Source of the DNA: an uncultured Candidatus Bathyarchaeia archaeon
Lineage (GTDB): Archaea; Thermoproteota; Bathyarchaeia; Bathyarchaeales; Bathycorpusculaceae
Assembly: GCA_964573475.1 (NCBI GenBank)
Contig: CAZNJT010000001.1
Coordinates: 1,887-48,554, forward strand
DNA: 46,668 bases
Direction: 5' to 3'
Under the pieces are notes generated by a model, which was not told the origin of the DNA, did not search any database, and saw only the letters and a program-made list of their open reading frames with translations. Positions within the stretch are counted from its first letter, which is position 1; each line of letters opens with the position of its first letter. Positions 1 through 9,784 of the stretch are shown here, piece by piece. The position numbers and the translations under genes were made by a program.

Positions 1-127
1 GAGTTCTAGGAAACTTATCCGCCTTTTCCGAGTAGAGCGTTAAGTCGAATTCCTCTCCAATATGATGCCTTGCAACACATTCTCCTTCGACTTTCACAAT
101 CTTCCCAATTAATTTATAGCTTTTCAA
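1..127 (-). CDS. Window-edge partial CDS: N-terminal 42 codons of a small protein, possibly TIGR04076-like; function uncertain
   Basis: Absent from the ORF track because it runs off the window. Minus-strand TTG at 127-125 lies 7 nt after AGGAGG (135-140). It reads (M)KSYKLIGKIVKVEGECVARHHIGEEFDLTLYSEKADKFPRT. The family guess rests only on the G-x-C...H-x-G-E-E-F pattern. Confidence 0.35.
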   Translation of the reverse strand, partial: MKSYKLIGKIVKVEGECVARHHIGEEFDLTLYSEKADKFPRT

Positions 128-150
128 CCCGAAACCTCCTTAGCTTCGTT

Positions 151-1518
151 TTAGATTTTGCTCTTTAACAGTTTTGCGATGAAAAATCCGTTACATTGGT
201 GAATGTGTGGATAAAGCCTTTGACATTTTTCCATTCCCCTTAAACCTGGCAAGCCTATTTTCGGCGTTATTTCAGTCAATGAAAATTCTGGATGCCATTT
301 CAGGAAACGCTCAATAAGCATTTCGTTTTCTTCGACGGTTATGCTGCATGTTGAGTAGATTAGGTTTCCTGCGGGCTTCACGTTTTCGGCGCAGCTGTTT
401 ATCATTAGCCACTGAATTTCAGCCATTTTATCAACGGAATGTCTCGTAAGCCTCCATTTGGCTGATGGTAGCTTTCCAAAAGCGCCTGTGCTTGTGCATG
501 GCGGGTCTAAAACTACAATGTCTGCTTCTATCGTTAAAGGTGATGGATTGCATACGTCGGCAATTATTGGAACAGCGATTTCCACGCCCATGCGTTCAAC
601 TTCGCTTTTCCAGACACTCATTCTACGTTTTGAATAATCCATGGAATAGATGACGCCGCGGTTTTGCATCAGTTGCGCTAAATATGTGGTTTTTGCTCCG
701 GGCGCAGCACACACATCTAAAACCGTCATTTCAAGCTTTGGATCTGTTACTTCCGCAGCGAAACAGCTTGCCTTGTCTTGAATGCAGAATAAACCTTCTC
801 GGAAGCTTTCCGTTTTGGTTAAGGGTTGCTTCGTGCCTATAACCTTGTACGCATACATTAATTCTTCAACCTTCTCAACTTTGACTCCGTCTTCTGCAAG
901 TCTCTCTAGAATTTCATTTTCATCCGCCTTAAGCGTGTTTAGCCTCATGTAGGTTGGCGGCGGCTTCGCATCCAGTTCTAACATCGCTACAGCCTCTTTT
1001 CTCCCAAAAAGCTTGAAGCAATATTTTACAAACCATGTCGGATGGAAAGTCAAAAGCCCAATTCTTTCTTCATCGCTTACTCCTTCAATGATTAATGTTG
1101 GCTTTTGCGTTAGTAATACGCCTAACATATGCTCAACTTTTCGAAGAGTTCCCCATCCAAGAATAGAGCGGGCAAGTTTAGCAATGCTTTCAGCTTCTTC
1201 AATGTCAATTTTGGACCAGTTTTTGGCTATTCGTGTTTGGTAAACGTAAAGCCGCAAAAATGCTTGAACCCCAAGATTAAATTCGCTGAGGGATTCGGGT
1301 TTAAGGGTGTTGTTTATGAAGTTGTCTATGAAGTTTCGCCGCCTGACAGTTTCGCACACAAGCATGTGAGCAAGCCGCACAGCATTAGCATCCCTTATGC
1401 CCAATTGTTTAACCGTTTTCGCCAATGCTAGGCGCTCGCTTAATTTTTGCATCTCCATCCAGCTTAGGGTTTCAATCGCAAGCGTCCAAGCTTCCTTAAG
1501 CAACTTTTTCTCACTCAC
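151..1518 (-). CDS. NOL1/NOP2/Sun-family RNA cytosine-C5 methyltransferase (RsmB/Nop2-like)
   Basis: SAM motif VLDVCAAPGAKT, motif IV DPPCTSTG and motif VI YSTCS with both catalytic Cys. N-terminal helical NusB-like region. GTG start. Confidence 0.85.
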   Translation of the reverse strand: MSEKKLLKEAWTLAIETLSWMEMQKLSERLALAKTVKQLGIRDANAVRLAHMLVCETVRRRNFIDNFINNTLKPESLSEFNLGVQAFLRLYVYQTRIAKNWSKIDIEEAESIAKLARSILGWGTLRKVEHMLGVLLTQKPTLIIEGVSDEERIGLLTFHPTWFVKYCFKLFGRKEAVAMLELDAKPPPTYMRLNTLKADENEILERLAEDGVKVEKVEELMYAYKVIGTKQPLTKTESFREGLFCIQDKASCFAAEVTDPKLEMTVLDVCAAPGAKTTYLAQLMQNRGVIYSMDYSKRRMSVWKSEVERMGVEIAVPIIADVCNPSPLTIEADIVVLDPPCTSTGAFGKLPSAKWRLTRHSVDKMAEIQWLMINSCAENVKPAGNLIYSTCSITVEENEMLIERFLKWHPEFSLTEITPKIGLPGLRGMEKCQRLYPHIHQCNGFFIAKLLKSKI

Positions 1519-1729
1519 TCGGAATCAAACAATTATTGGGATGGAAACAATGTTGTAGATAAGAATTAAAGGTATTTCCTCCTATTTTGCTTGTGTATAT
1601 CTAAAACCTTTTCCAGAATAAGAAATAAATAGGATGATGCATTATTAACAAGGTCGGTGCTTCAAATGGGGTATTTAGAAACACAACTCTAAACGATTTC
1701 TAAAAAGAAAAGAACACTCCATACACCCC

Positions 1730-2977
1730 GTGAACATGAACCTTTTAAAAAACAAAAAACAGGAAAGAGAGCTTTCAAACGCTGACCATAGACTAATCGG
1801 TCAACAGCTGGATTTGTTCTCCATAAACGAAGAAGTAGGCATAGGCTTGGTACTTTGGCATCCCAAAGGCACAATCGTCCGCAAAATAATCAGAGACTTT
1901 TGGGAAGAAGAGCACCTGAAAAATGGATATCAATTAGTTTGTACACCGCACATAGCCCGCGGAGAACTCTGGAAGATTTCGGGACACTTAGACTATTACA
2001 AGGAAAACATGTATGTCTTCGAGAAAGACGGAGAACCTTACGTGGTTAAACCAATGAACTGCCCATTCCACATCCAAATATACAAGTCTAAACCTAGAAG
2101 TTACAAAGACCTTCCAATAAGATATGCAGAGTGGGGAACAGTCTACAGATACGAACGTTCAGGCACTTTACATGGATTACTTCGGGTTAGGGGATTTACC
2201 CAAGATGACGCCCACATCTTTTGCACAGCAGAACAAATCGATGAAGAGATACTGAAACTTCTAGACTTCGCTGAACATATGTTGCAGAGATTTGGCTTTC
2301 ACGAATTTAACGTGTACCTTTCAACCAGAGACCCGAAACAACCTGAAAAATATATGGGTTCAGAAAAAGATTGGAAGACGGCTCAAAGAGCCTTAGCTGA
2401 AGCCCTTAAAAACAAGGGAATCACATACCGCGAAATGCAAGGAGAAGCCGTATTCTACGGACCGAAAATTGACATTAACATAGTTGATGCTTCAGGCAGA
2501 GAATGGCAATGCTCCACAATCCAGTTCGACTTTAACCTGCCAAAACGTTTCAACATGACTTATACGGGCCCGAATGGAAAAGAACACGAAATATTGATGA
2601 TTCATAGAGCCCTTCTTGGAGCCATAGAACGCTTTTTCGCCATTTTAGTAGAACATTATGAAGGGAATCTTCCCATCTGGCTTGCACCGACGCAAGTAAA
2701 AATATTGCCCATCAGTGATCATTATATTTCATATGCCCAGAGGATTCATGAAAAACTGCAGGCTTGCGGAATAAGATCGGAGGTTGACAGTAGTGCCTCT
2801 ACCATCAGCTACAAAATCAGAGAAGCCGAAGTTCAGAAGATTCCATACATGGTAATCTGTGGCGAACACGAAGCGAATTTGAAGAAAATATCGATTAGAA
2901 AGCATGGAGTAGGGAACATGGGCCTATTGTCAACCAAAGAATTCATAAAGAAAATTAGGAATGAATGTGGCTGGTGA
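1730..2977 (+). CDS. thrS: Threonyl-tRNA synthetase, catalytic core plus anticodon-binding domain only (no editing domain)
   Basis: HRLIGQQLDLF entry motif, zinc-site NCPFH, motif 2 YRYERSGTLHGLLRVRGFTQDDAHIF, GAIERF motif 3 region and a C-terminal anticodon-binding domain. GTG 1730 or ATG 1736. In-frame stop at 1676-1678. Confidence 0.9.
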   Translation: MNMNLLKNKKQERELSNADHRLIGQQLDLFSINEEVGIGLVLWHPKGTIVRKIIRDFWEEEHLKNGYQLVCTPHIARGELWKISGHLDYYKENMYVFEKDGEPYVVKPMNCPFHIQIYKSKPRSYKDLPIRYAEWGTVYRYERSGTLHGLLRVRGFTQDDAHIFCTAEQIDEEILKLLDFAEHMLQRFGFHEFNVYLSTRDPKQPEKYMGSEKDWKTAQRALAEALKNKGITYREMQGEAVFYGPKIDINIVDASGREWQCSTIQFDFNLPKRFNMTYTGPNGKEHEILMIHRALLGAIERFFAILVEHYEGNLPIWLAPTQVKILPISDHYISYAQRIHEKLQACGIRSEVDSSASTISYKIREAEVQKIPYMVICGEHEANLKKISIRKHGVGNMGLLSTKEFIKKIRNECGW

Positions 2978-3069
2978 AAGCAACATTACTAGAAAAAGCA
3001 AAAATCCTAGTGCTTAGTAAGAGATTTTAGTATATCTGTCCACATACAGTAACTAGGTTAAGGGTTAGC

Positions 3070-5748
3070 ATGGCGCAACAGCGTTTAGACGATTCCTCTT
3101 ACATGAAAGCTAAACCTTCAAAAGAAACTGAAGCGAAAGCCCTGCCTTTCATGGAAGCTGTAACGAAAGAAAAGAAAAAGCACGCTTTTCCGTCGTTGGC
3201 GCCTGAAAATCTGCCGCCTTCATATTTTGTTTCAGCCACATACGATGGAAAAGCTAAAAAAGCCTTAATCAAACTTTATGAACCTGTTTCAGGGCGAATC
3301 TATTTCTGGCTTGACAACACTGGCCACAAACCATATTGCCTAACCAACCTTTCGCCAATAGAACTTGAAAAAATAACTAGGCTAATGCAACATCCTGGAT
3401 TTGACCATTTTGAAATCGTGGACAAATTCGACCCGTTATTAAACAAAAATGTTAAGGTTACTAGTGTTATAGCGACAGACCCTTTGGCAATTGGTGGTCG
3501 CCCAACAGGATGCATAAGAGACATAATTATAGAAGACTACCCAAAAGTCGCCGAAACACCAATCGTTCAAGAAACAAAAGTATGGGAATCTAAAATAAAG
3601 TATTACCAATGCTACATCTACGACAGAGAACTTTTGCCAGGAATGATATACGAAGTTAAAGATAGTAAGTTAATCCTAAAAAACATGGAAGAAACAGAAA
3701 AGATTGTTAAGCATATACAGAAGACTTTTGAGGACGCAACAAATGAGGAGCAACAATTTATTGAGCAATGGGCAAGACTATTGGAATATCCCGCGCCAAA
3801 GTTTCTTTGCGTAGCTCTGGACATTGAAGTTTACACGCCTATCCCAACAAGAATGCCTGACCCTCGAGAAGCTGCCTACCAAGTTGTTTGCGCTTCACTG
3901 TATGGCTCAGACGGAAAAAAGAGAGTTCTTCTTTTAAAAAGAGAAGGCCCCCGCGAAGGAAACGAACGTCTGCCAGCAGAAGTGACTTTAGAATATTTTG
4001 ATTCTGAAGAAAAACTCGTTAGAGCCATTTTTGATGCCTTGTGGAGTTATCCCTTCGTTATAACCTTCAACGGCGACGACTTTGACCTGCGTTACTTGAC
4101 CCATAGGGCGATGAACCTCGGTTTTAGAAGGGATGAAATTCCAATAGAAGTTGGAAAACGTGCCTGCTTACTAAAATATGGGGTGCACATAGATCTTTAC
4201 AAGTTCTTATTCAACCGCTCAATCCAAATTTACGCCTTTAACAACCGTTATCGGGATGTAACCCTTAATGATGTAGGCAAAGCCCTAGTTGGGATGGAAA
4301 AGATTAAGTTGGAAAAGAGCCTTGGCGAATTGACTTACACAGAACTTGCCAAATACTGTTTTAGGGATGCTGAAATTACGTTTAAGCTTACAAGTTTTGA
4401 AGACGAGTTAGTTATGAAACTTATTCTGGTTTTGGCCAGAATCAGCAGTATGCCAATGGAAGATGTGAGCCGTCAAGGCGTCTCTCGATGGATAAGAAAT
4501 TTCATGCACCGCGAACATCGCAGAAGAAACATGCTTATCCCAAATGGGGAAGATATTCTCGCCGTAAAAGGCAAAAGCGTCACAAAAGCGATAATTAAAG
4601 GTAAAAAATACAAAGGCGCCATAGTTGTTGAACCCGTGCCCGGCGTTCACTTCAACGTTGCAATCATGGATTTTCCAAGCCTATACCCATCAATAATAAA
4701 GGTTTGGAACCTGGGCTACCAGTCTATATTGTGTCAGCATCCAGAATGCCGCAACAACCTCATTCCAGGCACGCCGCACTGGGTCTGCACTAAGAAACGA
4801 GCATTAGAAAGCCTTTTAATCGGTTCCCTTAGAGACTTGCGAGTGCAATGGTACAAACCGAAATCAAAGGACAAAACCTTAGGAGTGGAGTTAAGAAGCT
4901 GGTACAACATCACCCAAGGAGCCCTCAAGGTAATCTTGAACGCAAGCTACGGCGTCTTCGGAGCGGAAACCTTCGACCTATACTGTCCACCAGTAGCTGA
5001 AGCGACAGCAGCGATTGGAAGACACTCAATAACACAAATACTCAGCGAAGCAAAACAGCTTAACATTCAAGTGCTTTACGGAGACACAGACAGCATATTC
5101 CTAAAAAATCCCTCAAGAGAGCAAATTGAAGAGTTAGCCCGTTGGACAGAGCACGAGTTAAAAATGAGTTTGGATGTGGACAAAGTTTACAGATATGCAG
5201 TTTTCAGCTCACGGAAGAAAAATTATCTTGGAGTTTTAGAGGATGGCAGCGTTGACGTTAAAGGATTAACGGGCAAGAAGAGGCATATCCCATTGTTCAT
5301 CAAAAAAGCCTTCAACAGAATGAAAGAACGCCTAGCCATGGTAAAAACGCCAGCAGACTTTGAAAACGCGAAAAAAGACATACGCGAAATCGTCCGCGAC
5401 TGCTACATGCGATTAAAGAGACGAGAATGGGAAAACCTAAGCGATTTAGCATTCAACGTAGTTTTAGGCGAAGAACTAGAACACTACACAAAAACAACAC
5501 CTCAACACGTCAAAGCCGCAAAAATCCTAAAAGAAAATGGGATGGAGCTGAAAGCCGGCGATCTAATAACCTTTGTAAAGGTTGTTAAAGAACCTCACGT
5601 AAAACCGGTGGAATTGGCAACCAACAATGAAATTGATGTGGACAAGTACATAGCCTACCTGCATTCAACGTTCGACCAAGTCCTAGACGCATTGGGTCTG
5701 GATTTTGATGAAATAATAGGGTTGACTAAGCTGGAAAGATTCATGTGA
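3070..5748 (+). CDS. polB: Family B DNA polymerase (892 aa, PolB1-like length)
   Basis: Exo I ALDIEV, Exo II FNGDDFDLRYL, Exo III YCFRDAEITF, motif A DFPSLYPSII, motif B KVILNASYGVFG, motif C YGDTDSIF. No intein-like insertion between motifs. Confidence 0.95.
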   Translation: MAQQRLDDSSYMKAKPSKETEAKALPFMEAVTKEKKKHAFPSLAPENLPPSYFVSATYDGKAKKALIKLYEPVSGRIYFWLDNTGHKPYCLTNLSPIELEKITRLMQHPGFDHFEIVDKFDPLLNKNVKVTSVIATDPLAIGGRPTGCIRDIIIEDYPKVAETPIVQETKVWESKIKYYQCYIYDRELLPGMIYEVKDSKLILKNMEETEKIVKHIQKTFEDATNEEQQFIEQWARLLEYPAPKFLCVALDIEVYTPIPTRMPDPREAAYQVVCASLYGSDGKKRVLLLKREGPREGNERLPAEVTLEYFDSEEKLVRAIFDALWSYPFVITFNGDDFDLRYLTHRAMNLGFRRDEIPIEVGKRACLLKYGVHIDLYKFLFNRSIQIYAFNNRYRDVTLNDVGKALVGMEKIKLEKSLGELTYTELAKYCFRDAEITFKLTSFEDELVMKLILVLARISSMPMEDVSRQGVSRWIRNFMHREHRRRNMLIPNGEDILAVKGKSVTKAIIKGKKYKGAIVVEPVPGVHFNVAIMDFPSLYPSIIKVWNLGYQSILCQHPECRNNLIPGTPHWVCTKKRALESLLIGSLRDLRVQWYKPKSKDKTLGVELRSWYNITQGALKVILNASYGVFGAETFDLYCPPVAEATAAIGRHSITQILSEAKQLNIQVLYGDTDSIFLKNPSREQIEELARWTEHELKMSLDVDKVYRYAVFSSRKKNYLGVLEDGSVDVKGLTGKKRHIPLFIKKAFNRMKERLAMVKTPADFENAKKDIREIVRDCYMRLKRREWENLSDLAFNVVLGEELEHYTKTTPQHVKAAKILKENGMELKAGDLITFVKVVKEPHVKPVELATNNEIDVDKYIAYLHSTFDQVLDALGLDFDEIIGLTKLERFM

Positions 5749-5751
5749 TTA

Positions 5752-6303
5752 TCAGCCTTTGTCTCCATTGACCACTTTCAACCCTCGAGACTTCAGCGGT
5801 CCGACGATATTCCACTTGCTCATTATTGAGAGTAATATGTAACCAATTCCTCCGATCGCAACTAAGCTGCTGGCGGTTATGCTTATGATCATAGCTACCC
5901 ACGCAGGCAGGGTGTTAAGAACTTCAGGCGGCGGAAAGAACAGCCAAAGATAGCCTCCGACTATTAAGCCTATAGGTAAGGCTCCCAGAATACACGCTGT
6001 GAAATGGCGTCTTCGCAAGAGGAAAACAGTGGTTGCGGCAAGTAAATTTGCAACAGGTCCGAAGGCAACATCTTGGGTCCCAAGGAAATAGTAAGCATTG
6101 GTCAGAAAACACCCAAAGGTCACTCCTCCGATAACAGGCCAGCCTAGCAAAGCAGCCATGGCAATTAAGCAGTCGGCGATGCGCAGCTGAATAGGCCCGT
6201 AAATTGTCGGATTACCAATAGAGACCGTCTGAAGAATGTTAATCGTCACATACAAAGCTGCAAAGACAGCTGTTAAGGCTATGTCTCTACTGTCAAATTT
6301 CAC
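5752..6303 (-). CDS. queT: QueT-family membrane protein (queuosine/archaeosine precursor transporter S-component-like)
   Basis: Multi-TM protein. The segment QLRIADCLIAMAALLGWPVIGGVTFGCFLTNAYY...DVAFGPVANLLAA matches the QueT pattern as I know it. Start moved to GTG 6303, which is preceded by GGGAGGTGAAAAA. The track ORF extends to 6354. Confidence 0.6.
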   Translation of the reverse strand: MKFDSRDIALTAVFAALYVTINILQTVSIGNPTIYGPIQLRIADCLIAMAALLGWPVIGGVTFGCFLTNAYYFLGTQDVAFGPVANLLAATTVFLLRRRHFTACILGALPIGLIVGGYLWLFFPPPEVLNTLPAWVAMIISITASSLVAIGGIGYILLSIMSKWNIVGPLKSRGLKVVNGDKG

Positions 6304-6405
6304 TTTTTCACCTCCCACACCGGGGTTTATGCGGCGGAACGGGTGGAGGCCCACTCACCCGCCAACACTTTCTATGCACATAATTCTAGGCTATTAATGT
6401 TACTG

Positions 6406-6449
6406 AAAAAAAGCCACTTGTAAGAAACGCTAAACCTCACTCGTTTCTT
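6406..6449 (-). terminator. Hairpin plus T7 tract downstream of aglH
   Basis: Perfect 8-bp inverted repeat AAGAAACG (6422-6429) / CGTTTCTT (6442-6449) with a 12-nt loop. On the minus strand a run of seven T (6406-6412) follows, about 30 nt after the aglH stop. Confidence 0.35.
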
Positions 6450-6479
6450 CTCCGGCTATCATTCGCTAGCTACAAATAG

Positions 6480-7358
6480 CTATAACAATAACCAATGAAT
6501 AAACAAGGCAGCAAAAGTTGAAACAGCCACCAAAAGTGAGATTATCACAACTACCTGCCGCTCAGTCAAGTAACGACGATGAGTAATAAGGGTAATCAGA
6601 CTCCTTCTATGATCCGAAAACAGCTTTTTACCATCAAAAGAGACAGAAGCCCTAGCTCTAAAAAAGAAATAATTCAGCAAAATTAAAGAAGAGTTAAATA
6701 TGTAAGGCAGAATGGAAATCAGCAGAACAGTTTTGGTATCTGAAATAATCGCAAAAGCAGCCAAAGTTATTCCAATGGCGAAAGATCCTATATTGCCAAC
6801 GAAAATTTTGCCCTGAAAATTAAAAAAGCCGAGCAAAAGCCACACGATTAAAGGAGCGTATAATAGGGCCGCATTCGATCCTGAGACAGCCATCAGCCCA
6901 ATCATAACTATTGCTGGACATATTGTTTCTAAACCATTCAATCCTCCAAGCTGATTCACAGTATTCGTAGTGATGGTCACAATAAGCGGAATAATTGCGA
7001 AATAGTAGGCAGGGCCAAAATCGATTGTTCCAAGGAAGGGAATTGTCATATATGTGTGCACCCATGGAAGTCTGGTGGCTAACGAAATAAGTGGTATCGC
7101 AGCTACTAACGGAAAGAAAGCCTTATAACGCCACCGCAAATCCATCCAATCATCAAGCAAACCCATAAAACCCCCAAATAAGATGCAAACAGCCAAAGTT
7201 AAAGCTGCAGAAACATTATTGAATGTTTCAATCTCTGCTGGTTGAAAGTAATACAACAGGAAGAGATATGTTACGCTAGCTAGAACGTATATTACACCTA
7301 AACCGTTTGGAATTAAAGGCTTGTTTGGCTTATGATTGTCAGGGACTTTTGGAAACAA
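6480..7358 (-). CDS. aglH: UDP-GlcNAc:dolichyl-phosphate GlcNAc-1-phosphate transferase-like (AglH/ALG7, MraY-WecA superfamily)
   Basis: Polytopic membrane protein with LLDDWMD and NTVNQLGGLNGLE (compare the eukaryotic GPT N-x-x-N-x-L-A-G-x-N-G-L-E). Lies directly downstream of aglB on the same strand. Confidence 0.8.
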   Translation of the reverse strand: MFPKVPDNHKPNKPLIPNGLGVIYVLASVTYLFLLYYFQPAEIETFNNVSAALTLAVCILFGGFMGLLDDWMDLRWRYKAFFPLVAAIPLISLATRLPWVHTYMTIPFLGTIDFGPAYYFAIIPLIVTITTNTVNQLGGLNGLETICPAIVMIGLMAVSGSNAALLYAPLIVWLLLGFFNFQGKIFVGNIGSFAIGITLAAFAIISDTKTVLLISILPYIFNSSLILLNYFFFRARASVSFDGKKLFSDHRRSLITLITHRRYLTERQVVVIISLLVAVSTFAALFIHWLLL

Positions 7359-7378
7359 AATTCAAACCTCTGCAATTC

Positions 7379-9646
7379 CTAGTGGTCTAGATTATATTTT
7401 GCATAGTCTACTTCATATAGGCATACCAACGCGTCCAGATATACAGTCTCTCCTGTTGATTGTATTGTTCCTAGCGTGGCTACCTCGCCTCCGAAGAAGT
7501 GTGGGTTCTTGAAATATAGAAGTGTAGGAGCAGTGTAATAATCTGCTCCTAGTTGATAACTTTTTGCGTTCTCCATCAATTTGTAAATTGTCGTTGCGTT
7601 CTCTCCTGTATCCCACCATTGGAACACGCTTGCTGTGGCATTTCCAAACGTGTTGTATTGTCCTGTGCTATTCGTCCACTCTTCATATTCCCATACACCC
7701 CATTCTTGCGCGTATAATTCCCGAACTGTTCTGGACGAGTTGGCGATTCTAGCCATCCACATCCACTTTCCTTCATCTCCTCCAACTGGATAATCTTGAC
7801 CCGTGCTAGCAAATGTTGTGAACACCAGAATGTAAGCAGGGGGTCCATGAGGACCGTTAAACTGTTCTTTAAGTATCCTTACTGCTTGTGTTTCATTCGA
7901 CATGTATACTCTGCCTACTAGCCCTATTTGCGTACTGTTTATTGTGGCGTTATCACAAAGGGTTGTCACATTGCCGAGGATTGTTAGCCAATATCCATAG
8001 TCCCACCAGCTACAAACAGCGGTCGTAGGTGAAAGATTACTTTTCATCCATTCCAACGCGTCCATCCACGCTCTTACAGGCTCGTTAGGTACTAGTGAGA
8101 GGCTGGCCGCTGTAATGGTGATTGGACTGTAGGCTTGCGTATATACTCTGGGCACGCCCCCAGTTTGAGGTGAAAAGGCGAAGTTTGTCATTAGGATAAG
8201 GAATATTAAGAAAAGGGTGGTCCCGCTGAACTCTTTTCCAACATGTTCCAAACTATACTTCTTTTTCGTAAAGATTTTCGGCGGTTCTTTCAACAATGTG
8301 TTAAACGGTTTTAATATTCCTATTATTCCAATAGCTGCTAGAAGACCAAAGGCCGGAGCTACAAGTACGAGCAATCGTACCATGGAACCGGCAAAGTAAA
8401 GAGATGTTAGACCAAAAATTAAGAGAAATAGGTTTCGATTATTAAGATTTCTCAAAATGAAAAAAAAGCCTGTTATAAAGAATATTATTCCTATGCCAAA
8501 CTCGTAATATATGGAACCCCAAGCCGAAATTCTCTGTTCAGCCACAGACTCTATAAGCGAAGAGCCCGAACGCGCAAGTGGGTCAAGAACTGAAATGAAC
8601 TTTCCACCTATGTTTCGTATGTAACCTAGCTGCCAAAGCACCCCAAAACCACTAATCAGCAAAACCAGAAAAACTATGATAAAAATGCTCCTCCATTTCG
8701 CAGATTTCAAGACTCGAACAACTTCACAGAGACAGAGCACTACAAATACTCCTGCAATCGCCAAAATGGCAGTTGTGGTAAGATAGCTAGGTGCAAGTCT
8801 GGGAACATTTATCGCAATAAATAACCCTAACCCGAACGTCAAACTATATGACAAAAGCAACCGTTGCGTGTATCTTTTAAGCATAATCAACACAAAAACA
8901 AAGAGAACCGTAAGGCCGAGAGGGTAGTATGCGGCACCCCATCCAGCACAGAAATATCCTAAGGTCAATCCGGAGCCAATCGCATATTTCGCAGACGAGG
9001 ACAGAGGCCTGTTTTCTTCAATCGCTCTTAAAAACAAGAATGCGAACACCAAGAGCGCGAATATTCCGATTGTTTCGTCGTCGAAAAATCCTAGGGATGT
9101 TCGCTGAATGTAAGAAGGACTTAAAGCTAAGAAAAGGGCCGCCAATAGTCCAATGGGCTTTCCACCAATGTCCTTGCCCAAAAAATAAATCACTAAGCAA
9201 GCCAGCATACCCATTATCGCTGGAAAAAGTGCACAGAAATCCATCAGTTGAATGTTTACACCCAGCACTGAAATTATTTCATAGAAAATCGCTGCCGTAA
9301 AAGGTAACCCTGGATACCCTGTTGTTGCGCGTATTCCACCTGGGTACCAGCGTTGTGTATCATTCCACCCCCCGGGGGGTGGCAAAGCCCATGAAATGAA
9401 CCCGTTTTTTATTACATATTCTGTGAAACGATATTGAAAGTAAGGATCAAACTCTGAGAGGTGCATTGAGCCGGCTTGTATTTCCCATTTTATTGGGAAT
9501 ATGCGTATAATGAAAGCTATAAAAAGTATGAGTAACAATGCTGAAAAAGTCAATATTGACCCATGGCTTATTTTAATTCGCAGCTTTCCTAAGCTTTTCA
9601 GACCGTTAACAATGTGTTCTTTTGATAGGATTTCTTTAATCCTCAT
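7379..9646 (-). CDS. aglB: Oligosaccharyltransferase AglB (STT3 homologue)
   Basis: EFDPYFQYR first-loop motif, WWDYGYW, DNATINSTQIGLVG, and a DK-type motif GGDEGKWMWMARI. About 13 TM segments followed by a soluble C-terminal domain. Confidence 0.93.
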   Translation of the reverse strand: MRIKEILSKEHIVNGLKSLGKLRIKISHGSILTFSALLLILFIAFIIRIFPIKWEIQAGSMHLSEFDPYFQYRFTEYVIKNGFISWALPPPGGWNDTQRWYPGGIRATTGYPGLPFTAAIFYEIISVLGVNIQLMDFCALFPAIMGMLACLVIYFLGKDIGGKPIGLLAALFLALSPSYIQRTSLGFFDDETIGIFALLVFAFLFLRAIEENRPLSSSAKYAIGSGLTLGYFCAGWGAAYYPLGLTVLFVFVLIMLKRYTQRLLLSYSLTFGLGLFIAINVPRLAPSYLTTTAILAIAGVFVVLCLCEVVRVLKSAKWRSIFIIVFLVLLISGFGVLWQLGYIRNIGGKFISVLDPLARSGSSLIESVAEQRISAWGSIYYEFGIGIIFFITGFFFILRNLNNRNLFLLIFGLTSLYFAGSMVRLLVLVAPAFGLLAAIGIIGILKPFNTLLKEPPKIFTKKKYSLEHVGKEFSGTTLFLIFLILMTNFAFSPQTGGVPRVYTQAYSPITITAASLSLVPNEPVRAWMDALEWMKSNLSPTTAVCSWWDYGYWLTILGNVTTLCDNATINSTQIGLVGRVYMSNETQAVRILKEQFNGPHGPPAYILVFTTFASTGQDYPVGGDEGKWMWMARIANSSRTVRELYAQEWGVWEYEEWTNSTGQYNTFGNATASVFQWWDTGENATTIYKLMENAKSYQLGADYYTAPTLLYFKNPHFFGGEVATLGTIQSTGETVYLDALVCLYEVDYAKYNLDH

Positions 9647-9784
9647 TTCGAGTCCATCTCTCTACAAGATTATTGAAGTGTTTTATTTCCCTTGCGGTTA
9701 ACGGATGTTTTACATGAAATATGTCAATCTTATATACCTTTCCAAAAATGAATAAAAAGCGAAACTAGAATGATTTCTGATATT

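Noticed and set aside
5746-5754. polB and queT stop codons converge with only 3 nt between them
   Set aside because: The spacing is real, and it implies overlapping 3' UTRs or termination inside the neighbour. This is ordinary in compact archaeal genomes and not evidence of a special element.
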